Shown here in pieces: positions 10,933 to 22,900 of a stretch of 64,000 bases of DNA (positions within the stretch are counted from its first letter, which is position 1; every line of letters starts with the position of its first letter). A program made the translations under genes and the position numbers. The notes beneath the pieces were generated by a model, which saw only the letters and a program-made list of their open reading frames with translations, was not told where the DNA came from and did no database searches. Source of the DNA: Utricularia gibba (lineage: Eukaryota; Plantae; Magnoliophyta); the NCBI GenBank assembly GCA_002189035.1, contig NEEC01000009.1:2790001-2854000 (forward strand). The letters are read 5' to 3'.

Positions 10933-12731
10933 CTGGTGCTGTTCATCATCTGTGGTGCTAAGTAGAATCTCAGCATTCCGTTATCTGCAATGTTGTTTGG
11001 TGAATATGAATACTGTTCATGTCTTTTCTTCCTCCCATAACCAATCCCAATTCCAATTCCACTGATGTCTTCTGCAAATCCTGTTGATTTTCTACCACTC
11101 CCACCAACTTGGATGTTTCTCCAGCTTACACTGCTGTTGCTTCTCGTGATGTTTCTATTCATTTTTGCTGCTTCCCAGGTTCGCTCCAACGACTCAGAGT
11201 ATGTTCTTTCAACTCTGCTGCTGCATTTCTCTTCTTCTTCTTCTTCATCTTCATTGACGCCACTGCGGCGATGTATGAATCCCCATATTCTCCAGCTCCA
11301 TCTTCTTGACTTTCGCGTGTCCTTTTTCTCGAAACTGTTCTTTGAGAAGGAACTACTACTGTTCCTGAATCCATTACGCAGCTCGAAAGTGTCGGGAAAT
11401 TCCTCTCTCAGAGAGTTTGAGTTGGAGTTCCTATCACCCACGATCACTTTTGAGGAGTAATCAGCAATATTTGACACTGTTCTCTGTTCATCAATCTCTG
11501 CAACAACTGCTGCCGCAGTTTTTTTTATGAAACTAGACCGATCGACGCTCTTCCTCCGCCGTGAAGATGATTCAGAATAGTACTCCCTCGTCTGCGCTGA
11601 CCCACCGGGAATGAACTCCGGCTGCGCCGCAGGCTCCTCCACTGGAATAACCATATCCGGGCGAGGAGGTTTCGTTTCAGGGAGATCTTCCAGTACAGAA
11701 ACCATCGGCGCCGCCGCCCCCATTCTACTGAAACTCCTCCCCAACAAATGTCCATCCCAAGAAGCTCGGGGCTCCTCGAACGAAAACCGTGGATCGTCCA
11801 CGCTGATTCTGCCGGCATCGAGCGAAAACCGCGGATCAGTGTCGCAGGATCTTCTCCCGAAGCCGTAATCAGCGATTTCGGATTGGGTCTCACGGTACTG
11901 GCGCGAAATTGGTTTCTCCACGGGCAACGTGACGAACGCATTCGGCTTCTTCGTTTTCTGCTTCTGTTTCTCTCGCCATTTCTGCCATTTTTTAGTGAAA
12001 ACTGATGCAGCGGCGCGAAGCCCACCTCCGGAGCTCTTCTTCGCTTTGGAGTTATGCAGATTGATGTGATCCTTCATCGGCTTCACCCTTTCAGCATTTA
12101 CCACTTCGCTGTCAGCGCTTTCCGCGTCAATTTCAACGGCGGTTATCGGATTATCCAAATTTGGTTCTTCCTCAACGGGGACTATTTCATCGTCTCTGCC
12201 TTCGCTGCCATGATCGGAGTTTTTCACATTCTCTGTTTCCTGAGAAACGGAAAAGGTAACAGGAATGTTGCTAGTAGCAGAAGTATTGGTTTTAGTGTCG
12301 TCATGGAGCGTGAAGAGGGACCAGAGAGTGTTTTTCACCCTGACATCGCAAGATTTTCTCTGGGGTTCAAAAGAAAGACCCAAAGTCTCGTTCTTTGAAG
12401 CGGAAAAGGACTTCGTGCGGCGTAACTGAGGCACAAATGAAGAGGGCTTAACCGTTTTGGGGACCGGCGGAGGGAAGTAATTAGTCTTGAAATTAGAAGA
12501 AAAGAGGGATTTGATGGCGGCAGCGGTGGCGGAGGCAGAAGAGGGGCGTCGGGAGGATGAAGGAGTGTTGGAGGAAGAGTTATCGAGAGACGTGAGACGC
12601 TCGCAGAGACAAGAAGGGCAGAATCCAGTGAACTGCTCAGAAGGGTGACGGTCGCAGCTGAATGACGACCGCGGTGGCTGCGGAGGCGGCGGCTGCGGTG
12701 GCGCTATAGGGTCTGCAGAAATGGGATTCAT
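10857..12731 (-). CDS. OPS: OCTOPUS / DUF740 family protein, intronless, 624 aa
   Basis: N-terminal CDRHPSEQFTGFCPSCLCERL, central YGFGRRSCDTDPRFSLDAGR and FEEPRASWDG, C-terminal NGMLRFYL...SIARSVLRLY. Could be an OPS-like paralogue. Confidence 0.92.
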   Translation of the reverse strand: MNPISADPIAPPQPPPPQPPRSSFSCDRHPSEQFTGFCPSCLCERLTSLDNSSSNTPSSSRRPSSASATAAAIKSLFSSNFKTNYFPPPVPKTVKPSSFVPQLRRTKSFSASKNETLGLSFEPQRKSCDVRVKNTLWSLFTLHDDTKTNTSATSNIPVTFSVSQETENVKNSDHGSEGRDDEIVPVEEEPNLDNPITAVEIDAESADSEVVNAERVKPMKDHINLHNSKAKKSSGGGLRAAASVFTKKWQKWREKQKQKTKKPNAFVTLPVEKPISRQYRETQSEIADYGFGRRSCDTDPRFSLDAGRISVDDPRFSFEEPRASWDGHLLGRSFSRMGAAAPMVSVLEDLPETKPPRPDMVIPVEEPAAQPEFIPGGSAQTREYYSESSSRRRKSVDRSSFIKKTAAAVVAEIDEQRTVSNIADYSSKVIVGDRNSNSNSLREEFPDTFELRNGFRNSSSSFSKNSFEKKDTRKSRRWSWRIWGFIHRRSGVNEDEEEEEEKCSSRVERTYSESLERTWEAAKMNRNITRSNSSVSWRNIQVGGSGRKSTGFAEDISGIGIGIGYGRKKRHEQYSYSPNNIADNGMLRFYLAPQMMNSTRRGGGMAKTRQNGSHSIARSVLRLY

Positions 12732-15119
12732 AACCGCTACCAGAAGAAGGATCCCCCGCTCTCACCCTCACTTCATCACATCAACCCCGGCGCCGCATTT
12801 CCGAAATGCACTTTCCCGGTCGACCGGAGCGCAAAGGAACCATATCGTAACGCAGCATAGAAAAGACGGCCATCGAAAATCCTCATTTATTTCTCGTATC
12901 TTCAATGTCCAGCACACAAGTACCCATTTGCCCTCTTGCTCCATTTTGTAATAAATTGCAGATCAGTCCCCCAAAAGTCGTTTTATTTCTCCCATGCCAC
13001 CTCACAACGGCTACTGTAATTATTATAATTTTCCCCCCATTTAAAACCTAATATTAAGTAAAATAAGATTAAATTTTTAATAAATAACACAACACTCAAT
13101 ATAACACATACACCTCTTTAAATCAGTATTTTTTCACATAAAATGTTTTAATAATAATTTTAATTAATTAAAAAACATAATTTTGGGTTCTTGACTTTTG
13201 TAGGTGGAGAAAAATAAGCGATCAAGAAGCCTGTAGATTTCAAAGATTCCTTCTTGTCTGTCGGAGAGAAAGCAAAAGGCGGAAATTCTACCCCCCTTTT
13301 CTCCTCCCACTTTCACTTTTCTCCTTTTATTAAAATAAAATATTAAAATTATTTATTTATTTTTTATGATCACGTATTATTTGATCGTATACTTGATATA
13401 TAGTTTTTATAAATATATATTTAAAATAAATTTTAAAAAAGAATTAAAATTTGATTTTGAAATGATTTAAAAGTATGATGTAATCAATGGGAGATTAGAT
13501 ATAACCACAATTTTTTACATCAGGGATGATATTAAAAATTAAAAGAATTATGAAGGTGCTTTATGTTATTTGAAATCGAATAAATGACAATCATTCAAGT
13601 ATATTAGATACTACTCATCATCCAAACTACTAGAAAATATTTAATTTACTAACTATAAATGAAAAAAATTCATTAAATGTAACATATATGTTACTAAAAT
13701 AATATATTTGAAAATTTTAAATTAATATGAGTTAGGCAAGAGTCTTGATAACAATATATCACATTGGGTCTTTCTAATCATATGCAAAGACTTTTTTCGA
13801 TAAATAAGAATATAAAATTATGAAATTTGGATATGTAAAATAGATAATATTATATAAAAATAAGCTGGATCTTGACATTTGTTAATTCATTCAATATTTT
13901 AAAAAATGACATAAATTAGGTGTCACATAAAGTTTATATTACACCTCCAATTATTTGTGGCTTCAAAAAGTAAAAAAGAAATTGATTATAAAAAAATTAA
14001 AACGGTAAAAGAGAGAAGGATTGAATTAAATTGGTGGTGAATGAAGAGAGAGAAAATAGGGGCGTGACCCACCGCCATGTCACGTGGGAATCCCGCCACT
14101 TCGGCCTTGTAGGGCCCAATCCTTAAAAGACACGAGAGCCCATCGCCATTCACCGCCCATTCATTCATTACCTCCAAAATAAAGGACGAATATTACAATA
14201 TATTGATTATCAGTAATTCAGCAGTTTCAACCGCGGTAAATAAAACTTCTTACCATTAACCAACCAACCAACGCCTCGTGCAATCAACTTACCGTTTATT
14301 TATGATGGAATCGTAGGGGTGATGGATAGATTTACGCTGCAGCGAGGCCATGTGAAATTACACGGAAAGTACTTTTCTGTCCCCCGGCCTCTTTTACTTT
14401 TCCTCCCTCCCTCCTTTAAAAATTAAAAAAAAATGCAGTATGATTTTTTGATTTAAAAAAAGAAACGAAAAAAAGACAAAAATTCTTACGTGATGTCTTG
14501 TCATGGGTTGCGTGTCTAAAATGCAGGGAAATGTGGACTCGGGGACCGAAATTCCTCTCTCGATCCCAATGCCCATTGCCCGCCCTTTGGTCGTAAAGCC
14601 CCTTCCAAAAGTAAATTTCTTCACATGCTTTCTACTAACTTCAAATCATTTTTTTATTATAAATAGGAATATTTTAAATGACCAAAAAAATCGTAAATCA
14701 TTTTAAAATTCTATCAAATTTAACCTAATTTTCACGATTTAAAATGATTTAATTACGATTTTTTTAAATATTTACTATTGAAAATATATTAAAACATTTT
14801 ATTTACATAAATATGGATAATGTGAGTAACGATTGAAAAAATATATATATTTTTTATCTTTGTTACATAAATAAATAAACATATTTAATTCAATATTATA
14901 TTTTACACATATCATTAAAATAAATAAAAAATCAAGAATAAAAAAACACTCACATGAGAAAATAGTTTAAAAAAATAACTTGTAGAATTATATAAATGTT
15001 TAAAATATATGTAATCATTGAAACATAGGTATCTAGAAGCATAAAAAACACTCACATGAGAATAAATGTTCGTTATTTCATTCAGATTTATATTTTCATA
15101 CTAATATCCTCTTTTAAAC

Positions 15120-16620
15120 GGAAAATAGATGAGGAAAGAGTCAAAAAAAACCCCTTGATCCCACCCCTTGTCTGTGGAAACACTTGAGCAGGTGATCAGT
15201 CATCCGACAGAGAATTTGAGACTGAGGGAGGGGAAGAATAGGAACAAGATATGGATGGGTGTGGCGGTGTGAAGGGGGGGAATAATAGACAATAAAGTGA
15301 GGGAGAGCGCGCATGCGCAGTGTACTGGGGGCCATTCACAGGAATAAACAAGCAATGGATGATTGTCCTTGGTGTTTTTGTCATATCCAAGAGGGGGATC
15401 GCATTTGTTTCAAGCAAGCTTTTCAAATATGGTTGCTCCCTTTGGGCCACCACACAGATGCACTTTGTCTCATAAAGACCACACCATCATCACTCCAATT
15501 CCCCCCCTTTAATAAAAAAACACAGTCTTTCATCTTCTTCTACTATCAAAGCTGGAAAAGCAGAGCATGGTGTAAGCAGAGCAGACAAATGTGTACCGGA
15601 ATGGCTTCTGATCCTATCATCTGTCGAGATATGCCACCACCTGTGGCCTGTGATTGATTGGGGACTTGGCCCAAACATCTTGTAGGCATGATGCTACATT
15701 TTGAACTCATTTAGCCCATAGGGGTGAGGCAGCATGATCATCAGGAGTCTCCTATTGCTGCAGACTGGCATCTCATATATGCTTCATGGGAATGATAGAA
15801 GAACAAAATAATTGTGGAAATCGTCCCTGTTTCTCCCATGGTTAAAATTATCGCCAGAGTTACCTCCAGAGTGAAACTAGATGAAACATTTGGATCATAT
15901 TGGGATATAAAATAATATACTGTTCCATGGCATTCCTTGAGAAATCAATATGCCCCCTACTCGCCATATCTGGAGACGGGAAAAGCAATGCAGCAACATG
16001 CTACAACACGAGATTGGCTATTGGCTATGGCTATAAAATAAAAGTGTTTTTGGCTACTAATCAGACACGCCTTTACCCATAGGGAAAAAAACAATCTCGG
16101 GCAACTAGTAGATAAGCGTATTATTCAGGATCAACTATGATTTCAAGACATGATCCTGATTCAAGACATCCAAGAACAAACAAGCATGTAGGGGATTCTG
16201 GGGCTGTTGAACGAGAGAGCCAACATGTAATTTTCAGCATCAGTTCCAAAATGGGTGATGACATTTCACTAACAAAACAGGTAGAAGAATAACAATTCCG
16301 TTAGATGCTTAGCCTAGGGCTCTCACATCTTGCACACAGTTTTTCTTCCCTCATTCGCCTTTTCTCCGCCTCTTTCTCCAATTTCTCCCTCTGCATCACC
16401 ACTGAAGCAATTGATAGAAAAGAAGTAAACTTTTGCACCAGAAACTACAGCTCTGAATAAGTCCCGAGTAAACTTAGCCACAGCTCTGCAAAACACTACT
16501 GAAGTACTGATAGTGCCCAGTTTGACAAAGCTCCAGAATCCCATACAAAATTGCGGATCAATTCAAAAATCAATCACATCCCCCAAGCTTAACAACAGGG
16601 GCTCCAATTTCTCTCTATGT
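15120..16620 (-). ncRNA. Candidate spliced long non-coding or small-ORF transcript
   Basis: Higher-GC island between AT-rich spacers with no recognisable protein. Two plausible minus-strand GT-AG introns (16076-15970, 15863-15758) of the size typical here. No expression evidence. Confidence 0.3.
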
Positions 16621-17125
16621 GTCTATTTTGAAAAGTAACTAAACTATATTTTTCATATACTTTTTTATATGTAAGATATCATTTTTTTCTCATACAATTA
16701 AAATAGGATGATTACTTTTCTAATATATCTCATTGAGATGATTATTAATGCATCTAAACAAGGATCTTCATTAATAATGTTTCACCTGGATTTCAATTGA
16801 ATTCCATAATTTTTATTTTAAATTGAAATGTAAAATATTAAATTTTCATAATTATTTTTATTTTATATAATATTTTTACAAAACTCAATTCGATCATTAT
16901 AAAAAAATAGCGTCCCAAACAAAATTTCCAGCCTGTGATTAAATATAGCAATTATAATATTCAATAAAAAGGGAATTTATTTGTATCATTATTTGATGAT
17001 AATTTGTGATCGGTGTACCGTGAACGTGTAGTTCACGCAGGCCGGCCATCGCTGGGACGCCTGTGGCAGAAATACGGCGGGCAGAAGAAGATTGGCGAGT
17101 GAGTAATTGGTATTTGGCAGCGAGA

Positions 17126-17617
17126 ATGGCGGCGTCACGAGCATTTTGTTCCCCTCTCATTTCCGTCCAAGTTCCTGGGCTCACCTCTTCACCCCCCGCG
17201 TTTCCGTTCTTCCCCGCCGTCAGAATGCCGATGGTTTCAAAGTTCGCGCGGCGAAGCTGCCTTCTGGAGTACTTTCTGAAAATTTCACTTTCATTGCTGG
17301 TGAACGATGATCGTTTCTTCATTTGGGTGGTCTGATCACAGGTTGAAGTTCCTAAGGAGGAGCCCAGAGTGCAGCCTCCGTTGCTGGGCTTCACGAGAAC
17401 CGCTGAAGTATGGAATTCTAGGGCTTGCATGATTGGGCTCATCGGGACTTTCTTCGTTGAACTGGTTCGATTCACATAAGTTTCTCTTCTTTTGTGCTCC
17501 TTTGTGATGATTGGATCTGGTGATCTTCCTTCATCCATTGTTTCACAGATACTGAACAAGGGTATACTCGAGATACTCGGTGTGGAAGTTGGGAAAGGGC
17601 TTAATCTTCCCCTCTGA
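17126..17617 (+). CDS. OHP1: One-helix protein 1 (HLIP-like, PSII assembly), apparent 1-bp deletion in the C run at 17192-17197
   Basis: Exons 17126-17268, 17342-17464, 17549-17617. Mature part VRAAKLPSG-VEVPK...LGFTRTAEVWNSRACMIGLIGTFFVELILNKGILEILGVEVGKGLNLPL matches OHP1 as I recall it. The transit peptide is in another frame. Confidence 0.92.
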
Positions 17618-18173
17618 GTGTCCCATGTTGTTTGATGTTTCTGTTTTTGTATGGAATACTTATTATTTCATGCGCGTTTTGTTCAAGATTAGTTTCTCAC
17701 TTTTTGCCCATCACCAAATGGATACAAGGACTTAAGAGAAGCTTGCGTATCAAGAGTGTTAAAGATTAGTCTTAATTGTTCTCCTCCACTCTTTGCTTTT
17801 CTGCTTTTTCCTGCTTTGAATTTATGTCTTTTGTTGGTGTACGAAAGAAGTAGTAGCCCAGAGAAGGAAACAAATGTACTTCTCCAAATTGAGAAGCAAG
17901 GTATTTTTGTCTCTGTGGATGATTTAGGAAATCTCAGGAAGTAAGTGGACAGTGAAATCAATGCCTTGTTGTTTTCCAGGTTTTGTCTTTGCTTTTCTAT
18001 AGATCCTCACCAAGTTTTGTGCGTTCTTTATTAAAGAGTGGGGGTACATTATCCTTAAGAATATTTTTAGCAGTGGAAAAGAGAATGCAGAACGTAGCCT
18101 ATATATCCAGCAAAATTTTGGCTTTAGTCAGCACAATAAAATCTCATAGTCATAGCTGAAAAGAAAGAAAGCA

Positions 18174-19080
18174 ATGCTACTTGTCCAAGTGCTCTTCACA
18201 GTGCTCACACTGCTCTGTCCAAGTAAGATTTCTTCCCTTGCTGGTTCAAATATCAATCTTCTCAACTTTAAAGTCTGTGGAAGATAGTAATGTGGTCTGC
18301 AGGGATCAGATCTTAACATTGATCACTTGATGTTGCTTAATTTTTTTATCCTCCCCTGTTTCGTTGGAACTGTCTGTAGAACAAGCATTGGCATACGGCA
18401 AGGGATATCAACTTGTTCTAGTGAACAACTGCAATGACAGCGTATGGCCTGGAATCCTCGGTGGTGCAGGCCATCCAACTCCCAAAAATGGCGGATTTCT
18501 CCTCACCAGCGGCCAAGAGCTAGTAGTTGATGTCCCCGCCAAATGGTCAGGCAGAGTATGGGGAAGACAACACTGCCACTTTGATGAAAAAGGCAAAGGC
18601 TCGTGTGCCACTGGAGACTGTTCCGGCCAACTGCAATGCAGAGGAATGGGAGGCGTACCACCAGCCACCATGGTTGAAATGACATTAGGGACATCCTCTT
18701 CCGACCTCCACTTCTACGACGTCAGCCTGGTGGATGGCTTCAACCTCCCCATCTCCATGAGGCCGATCGAGGCCGGCGTTGGATGTGGCATCGCAGCATG
18801 TGAGGTCAACCTGAACATATGCTGCCCTTCTGCACTGGAGGTGAGAGCCGGTGGGAAGGTAGTTGGTTGCAAAAGTGCTTGCATAGCCATGCAGTCTGCC
18901 AAGTATTGCTGCACAGGAGAGTACTCCAGCCCGGAGAAGTGCAAGCCGACCATCTTCTCCAATTTGTTCAAAGCCATTTGCCCCAGGGCGTACAGCTACG
19001 CCTTTGATGACTCTTCAAGCCTCAACAAGTGCAATGCTTCTAGGTATCTCATCACCTTCTGCCCTCCACCCTTGACATGA
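18174..19080 (+). CDS. Thaumatin-like (PR-5) protein
   Basis: Signal-peptide exon 18174-18222 plus exon 18380-19080. Motifs [56 protein letters not shown]. Confidence 0.93.
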
Positions 19081-19555
19081 ATCACTTTCTCTGCCCTTTC
19101 TCCTATGTATGTTACACCTACTATGGAACATGGTGCTCTGATCTTAAGGCTCGTATTATGTTTGATACATGTATTGAGTTTCGGATTGTGAGCTCTTTGG
19201 CATGTATCTAAACTATGATATAAGAAGGCTTCTAGGGAAAAATGGTGTTGTACAATGTGTTAGAGACCAAACTGCAAACGAACTATCTCATTTTGGATCA
19301 TACACTTTCAATGGGTTGGATGGTCGAAATCTTGAAATTTCTAATCAATTTTTAACAATGAAGTGTTTCGATAGCGTATTTGATTAATCTACTAAACATA
19401 TAATAAAATTTTAAAATTACTATTGAACATAGGTTGATTAAATTCATGGTTGAATTCATTTTTTTAATTAATAAACAAATTTTAAAATTTTTTTAATGAA
19501 TATTTTTATGTAACGTAACGATGATCTCCTTAAATAAAAAATAGATAAAAGAGAA

Positions 19556-19577
19556 TATATATATATATATATATATA
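19556..19577. repeat. (AT)n microsatellite
   Basis: Uninterrupted ATAT tract of about 11-12 units. Confidence 0.85.
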
Positions 19578-19948
19578 GTTTTTCATTTATATTCTAAATT
19601 AAATTAAATAGATACTCACTAAATTTAATCAAGATTTGTTAATTAAGAAAAAAAATAATTATAAATGGATAAAAAATTCTAATTTTTTTAAAGAAAAATA
19701 TTATATAAAATAAAAAGAAAAAGAGAAGGAACAGGTAGCAGCTAGCAGGCGCGTATTTTACTTTCACCCTCCCAAAAGGGGATGGTTTAATCGTAGTTGT
19801 CTCGTGTTTGCTCCGGCTGGATCTTGGTTTTCTTCACTGCATTTGATCTTGATATGCCGAACTTGGAAGGAATCACTGGAGGAATTCTGGAATTCTTCTC
19901 GTAACGTATCTATTTGTACAACGATTGGGGTGATTTAACTCGTCAGTC

Positions 19949-22900
19949 ATGTCGGTAAGTTTTCAAGATCTGATGAAAGGCTTCAGCCTCGCCATACGAT
20001 GAATCTTGAATCATATTCTGCGCATTTTCTTGCAGGATTCGTCAGGGGTGACCCTCATGGATCTGATGACTTCAGATGCTGGGTCTTCCAAGGCGTCGAC
20101 GGCGCAATCAACTGCGGCTGCGTCGCGACCCGATTCAGCGACGGGAGCACCGTTACCGGTTGTGGAGCGGAAGTCCAAGAAGGGAACTCTTTTGCAAATA
20201 CAGAGTGACACGATTACTGCTGCCAAGGCTGCTTTCAACCCAGTGCGCGCCAACATTTTGCCCCAGAAGCAAAAAGTTAAGGTATTTGTACAAACGACGT
20301 ATCGCTATTGCTTTTTTCTGCTATTTGTATGTTCTCTATGTGCTAGAGGGTGAGCATGGGTTGCGGTGGGGATTATAATTCTGTTTCGTTATTTCTGTTC
20401 CTGAAATATCATCCGTGCGTGGTGTTGAATTGTGTTGATTTGTTGTGCCTGTGTTGTGTTGGGGCGTTTCATTGATCACATCGATTGACTGAGATGCCAA
20501 CTGTACATTCGCCGTGTCTGAATGACTTTGGTGCTGTTGCATTAGTTCATCCTGTTATCTGTTTGAATGACTTTCTTTTTTTACAGTCAGTCTCCTACGC
20601 ACAACTTGCGAGAAGCATTCACGAGCTTGCAGCAGCATCAGATCAAGTAAGGCGATGAACCATTTGTACTCTGGAAAACTCATGCAAGCATCCAGTAATC
20701 CCTGTTTCTTGTGTTTCCTTCTATAGAAAAGCTCACAAAGGCAATTGGTGCACAATGTATTTCCAAAGCTAGCTGTCTACAACTCAGTCGATCCATCTTT
20801 AGCACCATCACTTTTGATGGTATGTTTCTTTTTCCTTATCAATGACTGTTACATGAGGTCTGAATCTTCTATAGAAATTTGGTGTTTTAAGTTTTGGAAA
20901 ATTGATAGCCATGTTTATCTTGTGCTTTGATTGGTTTAAGTTTCATTTTTTGTTCAAAATTTTGGACCCATTGGATGCATATATTGTTTTCAGGAAAGAA
21001 AACACAAGTAATGATTTCTATGATAATAAAGCTTACTTAAAAAATGCCGTGGATATCTTTAAATAATGATTTCTAAAAATTTAAAGATTTCATCAGTTAA
21101 TCATATTTTTTTTCATATTTCCTGTTTCTTTTTCTAATTCTCTTCTCGTGTGTTTATAATGAGTGAACATTTGGTGAATTATATTCATTCTTTTATTGGT
21201 AACTGTAGCTTGACCAACAATGCGAGGACAGGACTGTGCTGCGATATGTTTACTATTACTTGGCAAGGATTTTATCAGATTCTGGTTCACAAGGTCTGAA
21301 CCCAGGGGGTGGAATACCAACCCCAAATTGGGATGCTTTGGCTGACATTGATGCAGTTGGAGGTGTCACAAGAGCTGATGTTGTGCCTAAAGTAGTGGAG
21401 CAATTAAAAACAGAGGCTCTTAATGAAGATGCAGAATGTTAGTACTGATGTTCTTTCTCATTTTGATAAATCCTTGATGCTCGCTTATTAAAAAGTATTC
21501 TACTTTTACGTTTTCATATACAGTTTGTATGATGTGAAAATGAAACTGTCAAAATTGAAATGTTCCATTTCACGAAAGAGATGTTCCATGCATCTGATGT
21601 GGCAATATCAATTCAGATGTTTTGCATAAAATTGCATATTCTTGATTCTTGCTTTGTTGACTTATTTGCTTACATAAATCTTGACTCCTCGCCTTTTTTC
21701 ATTTGAAGTCCATGCACGGAGACTGCAAGCATTAAAGGCTCTTACATATGCTCCTTCCAGCAACTCAGATATTCTGTCCACGATTTACAGTATAGTAACT
21801 GGCATTCTGGAAAAGGTTACTCGGAGTTTGTTTAAAGAATGCTCGAAGCTTTATGTTTTACTTATCTTCATCTGTGCCTTTTCAGTAATCAAAGGATTTT
21901 CTTGTTGGATTTCTTGGCATATCTCAGTAGCCTGTCTTATCACAAAATATCATCCTCAACCAGTATTTGTGCATTTCGTTTAAAAGTGAAATTTGCATAA
22001 GTAACCTTGTACTTACTCCTAAATCTTGTTATGGTTAAATAAATTGGATCAATCGAGCATATAAATCTGCATTATAGGTTTTGTATTTGCAAACTAACTG
22101 CAATGTGAGTGTCTATGACTTGTTTTCTGGTTTATTCCTTGTACCTTACTCGCGTCATTGGCAGGCTGGTGAACCACAGAAGAGAAAGAAGGGCATATTT
22201 GGAACAAAGGGAGGGGATAAGGAGGTACTACATGTATCAGAGAGTTTATCTCTTTTGATGGACTGATTTTTTTGATTGCTCACACCTAGTCTTCTCCTTC
22301 TTTGTCATTTGCATGCACTATATTACTATTCGCTTTGCTTGTTATCCACCTCTGCACTGCAACCTTACAAGCTGAGTCATGTTTAAATCCATACTGAGGC
22401 TGATTCTGGATTTTTTTGGTGCTATATTGTCCAACTGTGTGCCATGCGAAATTTCAGCCTCTCTTGCTATTATGTAAAATAACTGGTCTAAAGACAGTGG
22501 AATTCAGAAATCCAGTGTAGTCAATGCAGTGCAGTTAAAAAGAGTCTTTATCATGCATCCTTAATATTATTCCACATACATACTTTTCTCAGCTCTGGGT
22601 GACTACGTTCAATACTTCATGTGCAGTGTGATGAACTATGTAGTTGCTTAATTTGCTTAATATATCGTTTGCTATTTTCATTATTCTGATGAAATGTGTG
22701 TTTAGAGAACTAGATTTTTTCCCAATATTCAAATTGCACAGTTGTATGATGCAAGTGGAGATTCTGTTGGAATTTTTAGATTGTTAATTGAATTTTATTA
22801 TGGTACGATTCAAGTGGTGATTTAATGGATTTTTTAGATTGATTGATTCACTTTTTTTTACACTATTTCTATCAGTCTGTCATTCGGAGCAATTTGCAAT

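Noticed and set aside
15558-15570. 13-nt match to miR408-5p (AAGCAGAGCATGG)
   Set aside because: No miR408-3p arm downstream and no hairpin.
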